Positions 1 to 11,022 of a stretch of 64,000 bases of DNA are shown piece after piece. Each line of letters begins with the position of its first letter. The stretch's first letter is position 1. The notes beneath the pieces were generated by a model. It was not told the DNA's origin, made no database searches, and saw only the letters and a list, made by a program, of their open reading frames with translations. A program made the translations under genes and the position numbers. Source of the DNA: Camelus ferus (lineage: Eukaryota); NCBI RefSeq assembly GCF_009834535.1, contig NC_045697.1:64792001-64856000 (forward strand). The letters run 5' to 3'.

Positions 1-700
1 TAGTATTTGTCTTATTGTGATTGGCTTGTTTTCACTTAGCATAATGTCTTCAAGGTTCGTTCATGTCACAGTATATGTCAGCATTTCCTTTCTTCTTAAG
101 AATGAATAATATTCCGTTGTATATATTTACTCCATTTTGCTTATCCTTTCATCCATCAATGAACATTTGGGTTTCTTGCATACTTCAGCTATTGAGAATA
201 ATACAGCTATGACCATGGGTGTAACAAATGTCTGTTCAAGACCATTTTTTTTCAATTTTAGGGGGTATATACTCTGAAGTGGAATTTCTGGAACACATGG
301 TAAGTCTATGTTTAATTTTTTGAAGACTGCCATGTTGTTTTTCAAAGCAGATGTACCAGTTTTCATTTCCACCAATGGTACTCAAGGGTTCCAGTTTTTC
401 TACATCCTTGCTAACATTTATTTTATTTTTTTTTAATAGTGGCCATCTTAATGAGTGCAAGGTGTTACCTCATTGTTGTTTGATTTGCATTTTCCTAATG
501 GTTAGTAATCTTGAGGGTCTTTTCATTTATCTATTGGCTACCTATATATCTTCTTTAGAGAAATGTCTCTTTCAGTTCTCTGCCAGTTTTTGAATCTGTT
601 TTGTTGTTTTGTTTTGTTTTGTTTTAGCTTTAGAAGGTCTCCATATATTTGGGTATTATACTCTCATCAGATATATGATTTATTTACAGATATTTTCTCC
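1..700 (-). mobile_element. Old L1 (L1M-type) 3' region: ORF2 C-terminus and 3'UTR, antisense
   Basis: Typical antisense L1 motifs: ttttcacttagcataatgtcttcaaggttc, ctttcatccatcaatgaacatttggg, gtttgatttgcattttcctaatg, tctttagagaaatgtct, tattttctcc. Confidence 0.9.
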
Positions 701-2406
701 TGAAGTGAATCTATTGTAGACAGTATATATTTGGATCATGTTTTTTCAGCCATTCTGTCAACCTCTGTCTTTCACTTGGAGAGCTTATTCCTTTTAGATT
801 TAAAGTAGTTACTGATAAAGAGGGACTTTTGTCATTTTGCTGTTTGTTTTCATATGTCTTCTAGCTTCACTGTCTCTCATTTCCTGGATTACTGTTTCCT
901 CTTTTACTTAATTGGTTTTTTGCAGTGAAACATTTAAATTCATTTATCATTCCCTTTTATGTATATCTATAGCTATTTTCTTTGTAGTAATCATGGGGAT
1001 TGCATTTGATATCCTAAAGTTATAACACTCTAGTTTAAACTTATGCCAACTTAACTTCAATAACATACAAAAACTCAGTTCCTTTACACCTTCATCCTCA
1101 GCCCTTTCAGTAGTTGATGTATCAAAATTACATTTATATACATTGTGTGCCCCAAAATATAAATTTAAATGTATTAGTCTCTTAAATTATGAGGAAAATA
1201 AAATGTGCAATTACAAACCATTGTTACAATCAGTAATACTCATTTTTAGACTAATGATTGTATTTTAAATGAAGTATTAGAGTCTTATATAGAAAATAGA
1301 ATTACAAAGTGTCATTACAATAATGCTGACTTTTACAATTGCTTATGTACTTACCTTTACGAGATCTTTATTTCTTTGTGTGGCTTTGAGTTACTGTCCT
1401 TTGAGTTAATGTCCTTTTGTTTCAACCTACAGGACTCTCTCTAGCAATTCTTGCAGGACAGGCCCAATAAAATGAATGCTCTCAACTTTTATTTATCTGA
1501 TTATATCTTAATTTCTCCCTTAGTTTCACTCACTGCCTCTGGCCTCCAAAATATCTAATGAGAAATTTGCTGATAATCTTATTGGGGATCCCTTGTATAT
1601 GATAAGTGCCTTTTCTCTTGCAGCCTTCAAGATTCTCTTTGTCTTTGTCTTTAGACAGCTTGCTTATGATGTGTCTCAGCGTGGGTTTCTTTGAGTTCTT
1701 CCTATTTGATTGTTCATATACCAGCTATTTATATCTATGTCTTTCACTAAGTTTGGAATTTTTTTGCCATTATGTCTTCAGATATTCTTTCTGATCCTTT
1801 CTTTCTCTCTTCTCCTGAGATACAGGCCTTTAAACTCGGTTCACTTTTCTTCAATCTTTTTTCTTTCTCTTCTTCCAACTCAATAATTTCCATTGTTCCC
1901 TCTTCAAGTTTACTGATTCTTTCTTCTGCCTCCTCTTTGAATCCTTCTAGTAAATTTTGCATTTCTGTTATTGTACTTTTCAGTTCCAGAATTCCTTTGT
2001 AGTTTCTTTTTAGGGTTTCTTATACTTTCATTGTTATTTCCATTTTGTTCATCCATTTTTTCTTGATTTTCTCCACATTTATCTTTAGTTCTTTGGTTGT
2101 CTTCAATGCAGTTGTTTTTAAAATCTTTGCCTAATACACATTCTACTTGCTCTTTTAAGGGGCAGTTTCTGCTATTTTTTTTCCCCTAATTTTTTCCCCT
2201 TTAGATGTGCCATACTTTCCAGTTTCTTAGTATGTCTTGTGATTTTTTTTTGTTGAAGACTGGACATTTGAATCTAAAAAATACGACATTTCTGAAAGTC
2301 AGATTCAGATTCTTTCCCTTCTCTCAGATTTGCTGGGTTTATTTATCTATCTACCTATCTACCTATCTATCTATCTACCTATCTATCTATCTATCTATCT
2401 ATCTAT

Positions 2407-2465
<59 letters not shown>

Positions 2466-3110
2466 TTATTACTACTACTGCTACTACTACTACTTATTCT
2501 TGTAGGCTGTCTCAGCCTGCAGTGTAAAGCTAAGGCCTTTTCAGGTCTTTCCTGAGCCTGCACCTTTCTTTAGGCATGTACAGTGATATTTCATTTCCCT
2601 GTGTATATAGTTGCATTTGAATGCCCTGATGGTAATTTCTGGCTTCCAAAAACAAAAATGGGGTAGGTAAAAGATTGTGACCCTATTTAAACCCTCTGGC
2701 AGACACTTCAGCCAGACAGGGAGGGGCTTGCAACAGTGGGCTGAGGTACAACAACAGTGGCTACCTCTTAGATCAGAAGTGGCAATCAGACATCAGGGCA
2801 CAGAACTCAGATATTTGGAGGACAGGATCCTTTTGGCCCACCCGGGCTCCCATAAGCTGTGTGCAAGGTGCCCCTGGGAAGACTTACAGCTTCCTGCTAC
2901 ATAGCTGAGGGGTGGAGAATGGGTGGCTGATAACTGTGCTGTGGGATGAAATTGACTGAAATTAAGCCTTTTCCTGGAAGTTACAATCCTTCAATATATT
3001 CCGGCGTTCCAAAATTGTTTTGTTAGGTAGAATCTAATCTTCTAATTGTTGTCTAGGTGGGGAAACAGATTTCACATGCATCTTGCTTCGTCATCTGCAC
3101 AGAATTACTG
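701..3110 (-). mobile_element. Old L1 5' region: endonuclease start, ORF1 remnant and 5'UTR, antisense
   Basis: The minus-strand ORF 1747..1962 (EEAEERISKLEEGTMEIIELEEEKEKRLKKSE...ERISEDIMAKKF) is an L1 ORF1p coiled-coil remnant. The motif gagaaatttgctgataatcttattggggatccc marks the ORF1 3' part. 701-830 resembles the antisense ORF2 endonuclease region. Confidence 0.85.
2341..2497. repeat. Compound microsatellite (TCTA)n-(TTTA)n-(CTA)n
   Basis: Directly visible tandem arrays. Confidence 0.95.
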
Positions 3111-4247
3111 TAAATAGTGCCATTTTTAATAAGAAAAATCCAGATTATCGATCTTTCAATGTCTGGTACCCTTAAAAAATTGAAAATAATTCTTATTAGA
3201 ACAACTGATTTGGAATGTTTATTCCCCAAATACCAAATTTATATAAAATGCGTAAGTAATTAAAAGAGGATATGTTCCAACATAAAATGATTATTTTAAA
3301 GATTAACCTCCTATTATCCTCCACATGGAAAAGTCAGATTTTCTGCTCTGTAAGCAACATGCATTTTCTTTTATCACACAGACTTTTGTAAAACCTACAG
3401 TAAAGTTAAATGTCTAGGTGACAGTATTATCAATTTAAATGTGCTTTGAGTTTCTGGATGATTTTAGAATAATTCCAAATGAAATGTGAATTCAAATGTT
3501 ATTGGAGAGTAGGGCTGAGAAAAAGGACTTGTGTTAGAATGAAGATTCCCTTCATGAATTTGGCTTAGCTCACACTGTGATGGAGTGTCACATTCTAACA
3601 TAAATGCCCTCCCCTGAAATTTCTGGAGACAGTCATTGAAAATTTGTCTGCTTGGTCTATGATTTGCCCTTCTTATTTTAAGTCATTCTATCATAATATG
3701 TTGAGTAAAACTGATAATTTGAGGTATCTGCAATATAAAATTATATCTAAATTACAATATACCTTTAAGTATTTATCATTTTAATTATCTGTGAGGAGTT
3801 TTATCTCTTTCCAATTATATCTTGCTATACTGTATCATAACTAATTCTGTCTGTGATCTTGGCAGTATTGTCTTTGAACTTGATTATCTGTCTTTAAAAC
3901 AAGAATGATGCTTGCCTGTAAACTAAGTAATTATGGTAAATGAATTGGGAGTTAATAGTATAATGTACTTTGAACTCTGAGAACAAAATGCTAAGTAAGT
4001 ATTAGATGTTGAAAGATAATGAACCAGTTAGTTTCTATACCTGGTCACAATTTGAATATTACAGACCTAGATAAATTAGTAAAAGTCTTTAATATATAAA
4101 GTCAATGACTTTGTCATTGTTGTTCTATTAGGACCATTAATCACTAAAGTAGAAAAAAATTCTAACTTCTTAAAAAAATGAAAGGCTAGAGGTTTATTCT
4201 GAACCCTGAATTTAAGAATATATCAAAGTGCATACATTATTGGAACT

Positions 4248-5478
4248 TTCTGTCTCCTAAAGTAAAGGAAAAAAAAGCAAAAATAAACAAATGAGACCTA
4301 ATTAAACTTAAAAGCTTTTTCACAGCAAAGGAAACCATCAACAAAATGGAAAGACAACCTACTTGGGAGGAGGGGGTTGGGTGGATATAGCTCAGTGGTA
4401 GAGCACATGCTTAGCATACATGAGATCCTAAGTTCAAACCCCAGTAACTCCATTAAAAAAAAAAAGCTAACCTACTGAATGGGAGAAAAATATTTGCAAA
4501 TGATATGACTGATGAGCAGTTAATATTCAACCTGTATAAACAGCTCATACAACTCAACATCAAAAACAAACAAACAAACAACTCTATTAAAAATGAAGAG
4601 AAGACCTGAATTGACATTTTTCCAAAGAAGACATTCATATGGCCAACAGGCACATTAAATGATGCTCAACATCTCTAATCATTAGGGAAATACAAATCAA
4701 AACCACAATGAGATATCACCTCAGATCTGCCAAAATAACTATCATCCAAAAGAACACAAATAATAAATGTTGGTGAGGTTGTGGAGAAAAGGGAGCTCTC
4801 ATACACTGTTGGTGGGAATGTAAATTGGTGCAGCCACTGTGGAAAGCAGTATGGAGGTTTCTCAAAAAAACTAAAAATAGAAGTACCATATGACCCAGCA
4901 ATTCCATTCCTGGGTGTATATCCAAAAAAACCCCAAAACATTAATTCACAAAGATGCATTTACTCCAATGTTCATAGCCACATTATTCACAATTGCTAAG
5001 GTATGGAAGCAACCAAAATTTCTATCAACAGATAAATGGATAAAGAGGTATAGTGTATATATACACAATGGAATACCACTTAGCCACTAAAAGAATGAAA
5101 TTTTGCCATTTGCAGCAACATGCATGGATGGACTTGGAAGACATTATGCTAAGTGAAATAATTCAGAAAAAGACACATACTGTATGATATCACTTACATG
5201 TGGAATCTGAAAAATACAACAAACTAGTGAGTGTAACAACAAAAAAGAAGCAGACTCACAGATTTAGAGAACAAACTAATGGTTGCCATTGGGGAGGAGG
5301 GGTAAAATAAAAGGGTGAGGGAGTGGAAGGCACAAACTTAGGTGTTAGATAGGCTCAAGATTGTATTGTACAACACAGGAATATAACCGGTATTTTCTAA
5401 TAACTGTAAATGGAAAGTAACCTTTAAAAATTTCATAAAAATAAAAAATGAAGCATTGTGGAGTTGCAAAAAAGAGAA
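4248..5478 (+). mobile_element. 5'-truncated L1 (ORF2 C-terminus and 3'UTR), sense to GRID2, with 31-bp flanking direct repeat
   Basis: ORF2 C-terminal peptides (ORF 4781..4999: [42 protein letters not shown]). A-rich 3' end at ~5437-5448. Flanking repeat at 4217-4247 and 5479-5509. Confidence 0.92.
4364..4465 (+). mobile_element. tRNA-derived SINE (camelid Vic-1-like) nested in the L1
   Basis: G-rich leader, A-box tagctcagtgg, B-box-like gttcaaacc, poly(A) tail. Flanked by aaagacaacctact (4350-4363) and aaagctaacctact (4463-4476). L1 sequence resumes after the second copy. Confidence 0.85.
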
Positions 5479-7208
5479 AATATATCAAAATGCATACGTT
5501 ATTGGAACTCACTTAATATTTTTCTAAATTAACTGCAAAAATTGTGATTTAACATGTTTCAAAAATTTACCTCAGCTTAATTCTTTGTATATATTAGATA
5601 ATTATTCTGAAAGCATACTTAAAGTTTAAGAAAAAAATTTATAAATTCTTGGACGAAACTACTGTATAATGTATATAGTTTGAGTCATTGGGGTAAATAG
5701 TGTATTTACAAAAATATACAAAAAATTATTTAAAAACTTTTGTAAATTAGACCCAGTTGATAAAAATTTCTCAAACAAAAAATTAAAACCTATTTGAGAA
5801 TTTTAACATACAAATAAAATTGCATTTTGATAATTATGAAAATAAAACATCCATTTCACTTGGTAATATGGAAATTCATTATAATGAATGTATTGTCATA
5901 TATTAAGTGCAAGGGCTTTGGGGAGTTTGCCTTGAAAGTGAGAGTTGTGAATTTTGCCACAGTCATTATTAGCTTCAAGTCTCAGGAAAGTTACTTGCCC
6001 TGAGCCTCATTTCTATCAAAGGGTAAAACTAAATGATAAAATGCCAGTGAACCACTTACTCTAATGCTTATTACTAACAAACATTAGTTACTTTCATTAC
6101 TATTATTTCAGTTATTAAAAACTTGAGAGTTAACACAAAAGATTGTCTATAATTCATATTATTGACTAATTGTCATGTCTTTGGTGTATATCTAGCATAT
6201 CCTTTACAATTAGAGTTATTGTTTTTATTTACATCCTTAGAGTGCTTGTGAAAGGTAAGATAAGGTGAACTCAGGAAAATATACCTCTGGTTGAAAGGAA
6301 AAAGGGTTCTAAAAACCCTACTTCTTGCCTGCGAAAAAATTAATGAAGGATATAATCGGAGAATTTCTGTTGAATGAGAAGAGACTGATGAAAATATCTG
6401 TTATACATAATTCATGGAGGATATCTTAATATTATCTAGGCAGATTATATATGTATACACACACACTCACACATGTGTAAACACACACATACAGACATGA
6501 TGCCTTTATTTTGATAATTTCCCCTTAAATAATAGCTAGTCTGTATGCTCAGGTGAAGATGCAAACAGTATAGAAAATGCTAAGTTCATTTGTCCCAATT
6601 CTGCTTAATTTTTCTGCTGTCTAGTAGTTTTGAACATGTTTACATTTTTCTTCTTTTGAAAAATGAAATAAAGGAGAAATCTGATTTTTACAGTATTGTC
6701 TTTATTACTTACCCTCCTTTTGACATATTTGCACAATTTCCACTGGCATTGGTGGGAATACCATGAGTAGACATAAAAAGATTATAGCTTTCTTGATTTG
6801 GGTATTTGTGCACAGTGCAATTAAAATATGTGCATAGTGCACTGGTAGAATTAAATTTAAAAACCTACTAATGAATAGTAGCATCTAAAACAGTGAAAAT
6901 ATGTGATGACTTGACAATTCTGAATAGCTTTTCAGAACTGCAAATCCACATGTGACCAATAAATTGTCTCAAAGCACAGAGTTGTGCCATTAAAAAAATT
7001 TTAACCTCCAAAGCGAAATTGCAGATTCTTCTAAGGCAAAGGGGAATAAATTGTATGTGGAAGTCTTATGTTCAGGTTTTTACTATAATTCTTCAATTTT
7101 AAATATTTCTTGGCTTATGGTAAATGAATTTGATGTGCTAATTACCAGAGTAGTACTCATTATCAAATACATATGTATGTGCGTGTGTGTCTATATATCC
7201 TCTACTAT

Positions 7209-7784
7209 TGTTACCGGGAACAGGGGAATAAAAGTTACTTTGGTTCTTAGTCACCCCAAAAAATGAATTTTTAATGAGAGACAGAAAGCATGATATAAAC
7301 AGAAGATTTTATTAGTGAAGTAAAAAGGTAGTAAAATATAGTATACCCCTCAGAATTGGGGGCTGGCCAATCCAAGAGAGGAAAAATGGCACTGCTCTTT
7401 TTTTCTCCTATTTTTATATCCTGGCTTAGGGGGCATTTTTGTGATTGATTGATTTACTGCTCAAGTTCTTTGTGCTCAGGCACACCCATCCCTTTTGTGC
7501 ATGTTCTTACCCATGATACACACAGAGAAACCTAGGGGAAGGGGCTCAAACTGCAATGCTAATTACATTATAATGAGCATTGGGTCAAGTTAAGCTGGGT
7601 CTTTCTCTCTATTGTGCAGCCGCAGCGTTCAATTCTAGCCAGCTTCTTTGCTGGCCTTCATTTAGAGAAAGTAAAAATTTTTGGAGTCTCTTATCCTGAG
7701 CGCAGATGTATGTTATTTTCTGGGTTGCTCCCTCCCTCTTCGTCTCCCCTTGCCTCCTGCTCATTTCTATCTAACTGCCTAACA
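7209..7784 (-). mobile_element. Solo LTR, ERV1-class (576 bp)
   Basis: Termini TGTTA...TAACA (inverted). Perfect 4-bp TSD ctat at 7205-7208 and 7785-7788. AATAAA on the minus strand (tttatt ~7308-7313). Confidence 0.85.
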
Positions 7785-8739
7785 CTATTATCAGTTATTT
7801 AATATATATCAAATATATATGTAGTAGTACTAGTTTTTGTCACACATATGTATATATGAATGACATAATGTATTTATGTATGTAATATATATGCACACAT
7901 ACTTGGAGTAAATGCTTGAAATGAAAAAAAAATCATAATATGGAAGAAATAGTTACAAACTTGAAACCAGAAAACTTAAATTCCTACTCCACCCATTCTA
8001 ACTTTTGGCTGTGTGATTTTGGTTGAATTACTTAAAATCTTTTCACTACAATTTCTGAAAAATGAGAATATTTTTTATACCATCCTTAACGTTTCTTTTA
8101 GCTATAAGACTATGGAATCCACAATTGCTATTTCTGTTATAGTCTTACGAATTCTGCTAGAGATTGATTAAATATGTAATGAATTTTAACTGTCCTGTCA
8201 GCAACTCATCTGTGAAGAAATAAAATGGCTTGGCTTTGATGATTATCTCTGTGTTGATGGAAGGTTAGCTGGATAGATGGATGGATGAAAGGGTGGATGC
8301 ATGAAGACGTGGAAGGAAAGGGAAAAAAGAGAGGAAAAATGCACAGAAAGAGAGGATAAGAGAGTTAACTGTTGCTTAAAAGAAAAATATTCACAGCATA
8401 TAGCAACTTTGAAAAGTTTATCTTTTTAAGAATATGTGTTGTAAAGAATTTCTATTAGGCAAAATTAAATGAGTAAAGAATTTGAACTTTGTGGCTAAAA
8501 AAAATTGGTTACTTTGATTTTCTTTGGAACTCTGAAATCTCACCATATGTTTATGGGCAGTTGTTTCATATATGTCTTTTTAGATGATAAGGTTTTAAGC
8601 ATAAAATGATTGTGTAAGGATAATTTAGATGTGTCGACACTTGTTTTCAATTTTTAGAATTACTTATTTTAGAAGATATTTGGTATGTTATATAAACTGA
8701 GATATGCAAATCTTTAAATAATTTTATCCACTCTGTATG

Positions 8740-9380
8740 TGGAAAAGTTTCTTCTGTTATCAATCCCTTTGATCGGGTGAATCCCAGCTAGGTCCTTTCC
8801 TTACCAGGTACCGCTCACACCAATGGAAGGAGGCCAGGTTCTGTAGAGCAGAGCAAACTTTATTCCTGGATCAAGGAATGGAGAAGGGAGAGCATTAGGA
8901 CTCCTTCTCCGCGCGGGAAGGGGAGTGGAGAACTTTTAAGGGGTGAGAAGTGGGTGTGCCTGTCAGAATTCAGGGAAAGCTGCATAAACAGCCGGGCATG
9001 CGCAGTCCTTTGGGCTCCTTTGCGCAGGACACTAATTCTGCCCAGCAAAGTGCAAGCCGTCCCTTAAGGAGGAGAGCCTAGCGTGGTAATGAAGCAAAGG
9101 CAACCTTCAGACGCTTTGGGTCTTATCTGCGCAGGCGCTGCTGTCATGGTCCGGCTGGAACCAGTTCAGGGCACTTGCCCGTGGCCATTTTGGACCTTTG
9201 TGCTCCGAACGGTTCTGCGGTTTTGCAGATGCGGCGTCTGCGTTAGTTTCTGTGAGGCAGGCGCAACTGCGGGCGTCGACGAGCAGACGTGGTGTGGAAA
9301 AAAAGAAAGTAGGTTAGCCTCTGTGCAGTTTTCGGCCTCTTCTGGTGTCGTTTTAAGTCATATATCAAAACCTTTCTCAG
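8740..9380 (-). mobile_element. CpG-rich, probably young solo LTR; exact ends uncertain
   Basis: Abrupt GC/CpG-rich block in AT-rich intron. Minus-strand TATA-like cttaaaag (~8933-8940) followed by AATAAA (tttatt 8858-8863) gives a U3-R-U5 layout. No unambiguous TSD found. Confidence 0.7.
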
Positions 9381-10369
9381 TATTTTTAGAGGAAATTCTG
9401 AGCTAGGTGAATGTATTTTCTTTCCTCTCCTACCTTCCCAGCCAGTGTTTCTTTCCTCTACTTGTTTCTTATATATAAGATAAAAAGAATTCAAACATTC
9501 AAATTAAAAATACAGATATATGGTTAATACCTTGCTGAAAAATTTGGGTCCTCTGGAGTCCTGAAAAATGCCTGTGATAATATATTCATATGTAGGTAAA
9601 TTTATAATTCTACTTTTGTTCTAATTTAGAATTAGATGTGACATATTTTTACTTATATATTTGAACTTGAATTTAGGAATCCTGTTTTATAAGGTTATGC
9701 CAAACTAATATAAGGGAAGTTTATTACTGTTTCTTGAGTATTTAATATATTCATCCTCCATTATAAACATTCTAACAATAAGAATAATTTCTATGGCCCA
9801 GGAAATTATATTTTGCTAGGGAGACAAGGTGTACATAATCATGAATAAAAACGTGAAGGTAGAAAATCTTAAAATGTTTTTGAGAGTTATGGAGATGGTC
9901 AGTTTTATTTATCAGGCATATTTATCAGACATGTTTTATTTATCAGGCATATTTGCAAATATGAATTTGTACAAAACGATTTTATGATCTAAAATGTTAA
10001 CTTGTATAGGTGACCCTTTACAACAATTAAAAATTTAAGACCTCAACATATTTTCAATATTACTATAAACTATAATTCTGTCTCTTAAGATGTAAGAAGG
10101 AAAGTAAGCATGATGTATTTTTTATTTAAAAACTTGTATGTAGACACACTTGTATATGTCACTCTCTTTGTGTAAGGATAAGCAAAGCCACTTTTCCCCT
10201 CCTATGGAAGAAGGAGACCATCAATCTGTAATATTGGAAATGACCAATTACAAATTGGTGTAACAGAGATATTTGGTAGATATTCCTTTTCTGCTTGTTT
10301 CTTGGGTTATTCTTCCCTCTGGTTTGGCCAATGTGAAGTGTAAATAAAGAGTAATCAGTTAATCAAACA

Positions 10370-10371
<2 letters not shown>

Positions 10372-10424
<53 letters not shown>
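10372..10424. repeat. (TG)n microsatellite
   Basis: About 20 perfect TG units followed by degenerate units. Confidence 0.95.
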
Positions 10425-10425
<1 letters not shown>

Positions 10426-10988
10426 ACATGTGTAAGCGATGAAATAATTATTCCATTTTGACAATAAGTTGCAACTAATTTCAACTTCAGGTTTTAAAAT
10501 AAAACTGACAACGCTAATGAAAATAGCTGGGAAAGAAACAGATGTGTCATCATGTTAGCTATGTAGTTTTGAATGTTGCATTTGATTAACTGTACATGGT
10601 TTAAAAAAGTAAATCTAGGATGTGGTGTTAGATTAGACTGGTAATATGTGTGCATTAGTACAAAGGATAAAGAGATGTCATTGCTATACTATTGAAAATA
10701 CATGACATAAGAAAGGACTATCTTTCCTAAGATTGTCCAAGTGGAAATTACCAGGTTGTTTTCAAAATACTTGTGTTTGATACAAAATGCTGTATGTGCT
10801 TTTTTTGGTAAAAAGCCAAGTTTAAGATGAGATTTTACAGTTGAAAATAAAAAGTAAATAAATAACTGGATTTGAAATGTTTGCTAGGATTTCCTGTTCT
10901 TTGGTTATGCTGTATGTAGTAAGACGGATTGTTACTTTTGTGTACTTTGTTGTTTGCAAAAGATGAACTACTTCTTTTGTGCATTTCC

Positions 10989-11022
10989 TTTCATTACTTC
11001 TTTTTTTTTTTCATTACTTCTT
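10989..11022 (-). mobile_element. Solo poly(A) retro-insertion with target-site duplication
   Basis: tttcattacttc-T(n)-tcattacttctt: a duplicated 12-14 bp flank around a pure T run. Confidence 0.6.

Noticed and set aside
2205..2555. ORFs with YLSI/YLFI repeats and poly-Leu resembling a membrane protein
   Set aside because: These are translation artefacts of the compound microsatellite.
4380..4452. tRNA gene
   Set aside because: It has A/B boxes but also a poly(A) tail, a TSD and poor cloverleaf pairing. It is a tRNA-derived SINE, as is 24133-24260.
9083..9494. 107-aa and 83-aa ORFs in the GC-rich block; also considered as a genic CpG-island promoter
   Set aside because: No recognisable protein similarity, and stop codons are simply rarer in GC-rich DNA. 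The sharp edges and LTR-like signals fit an insertion better.
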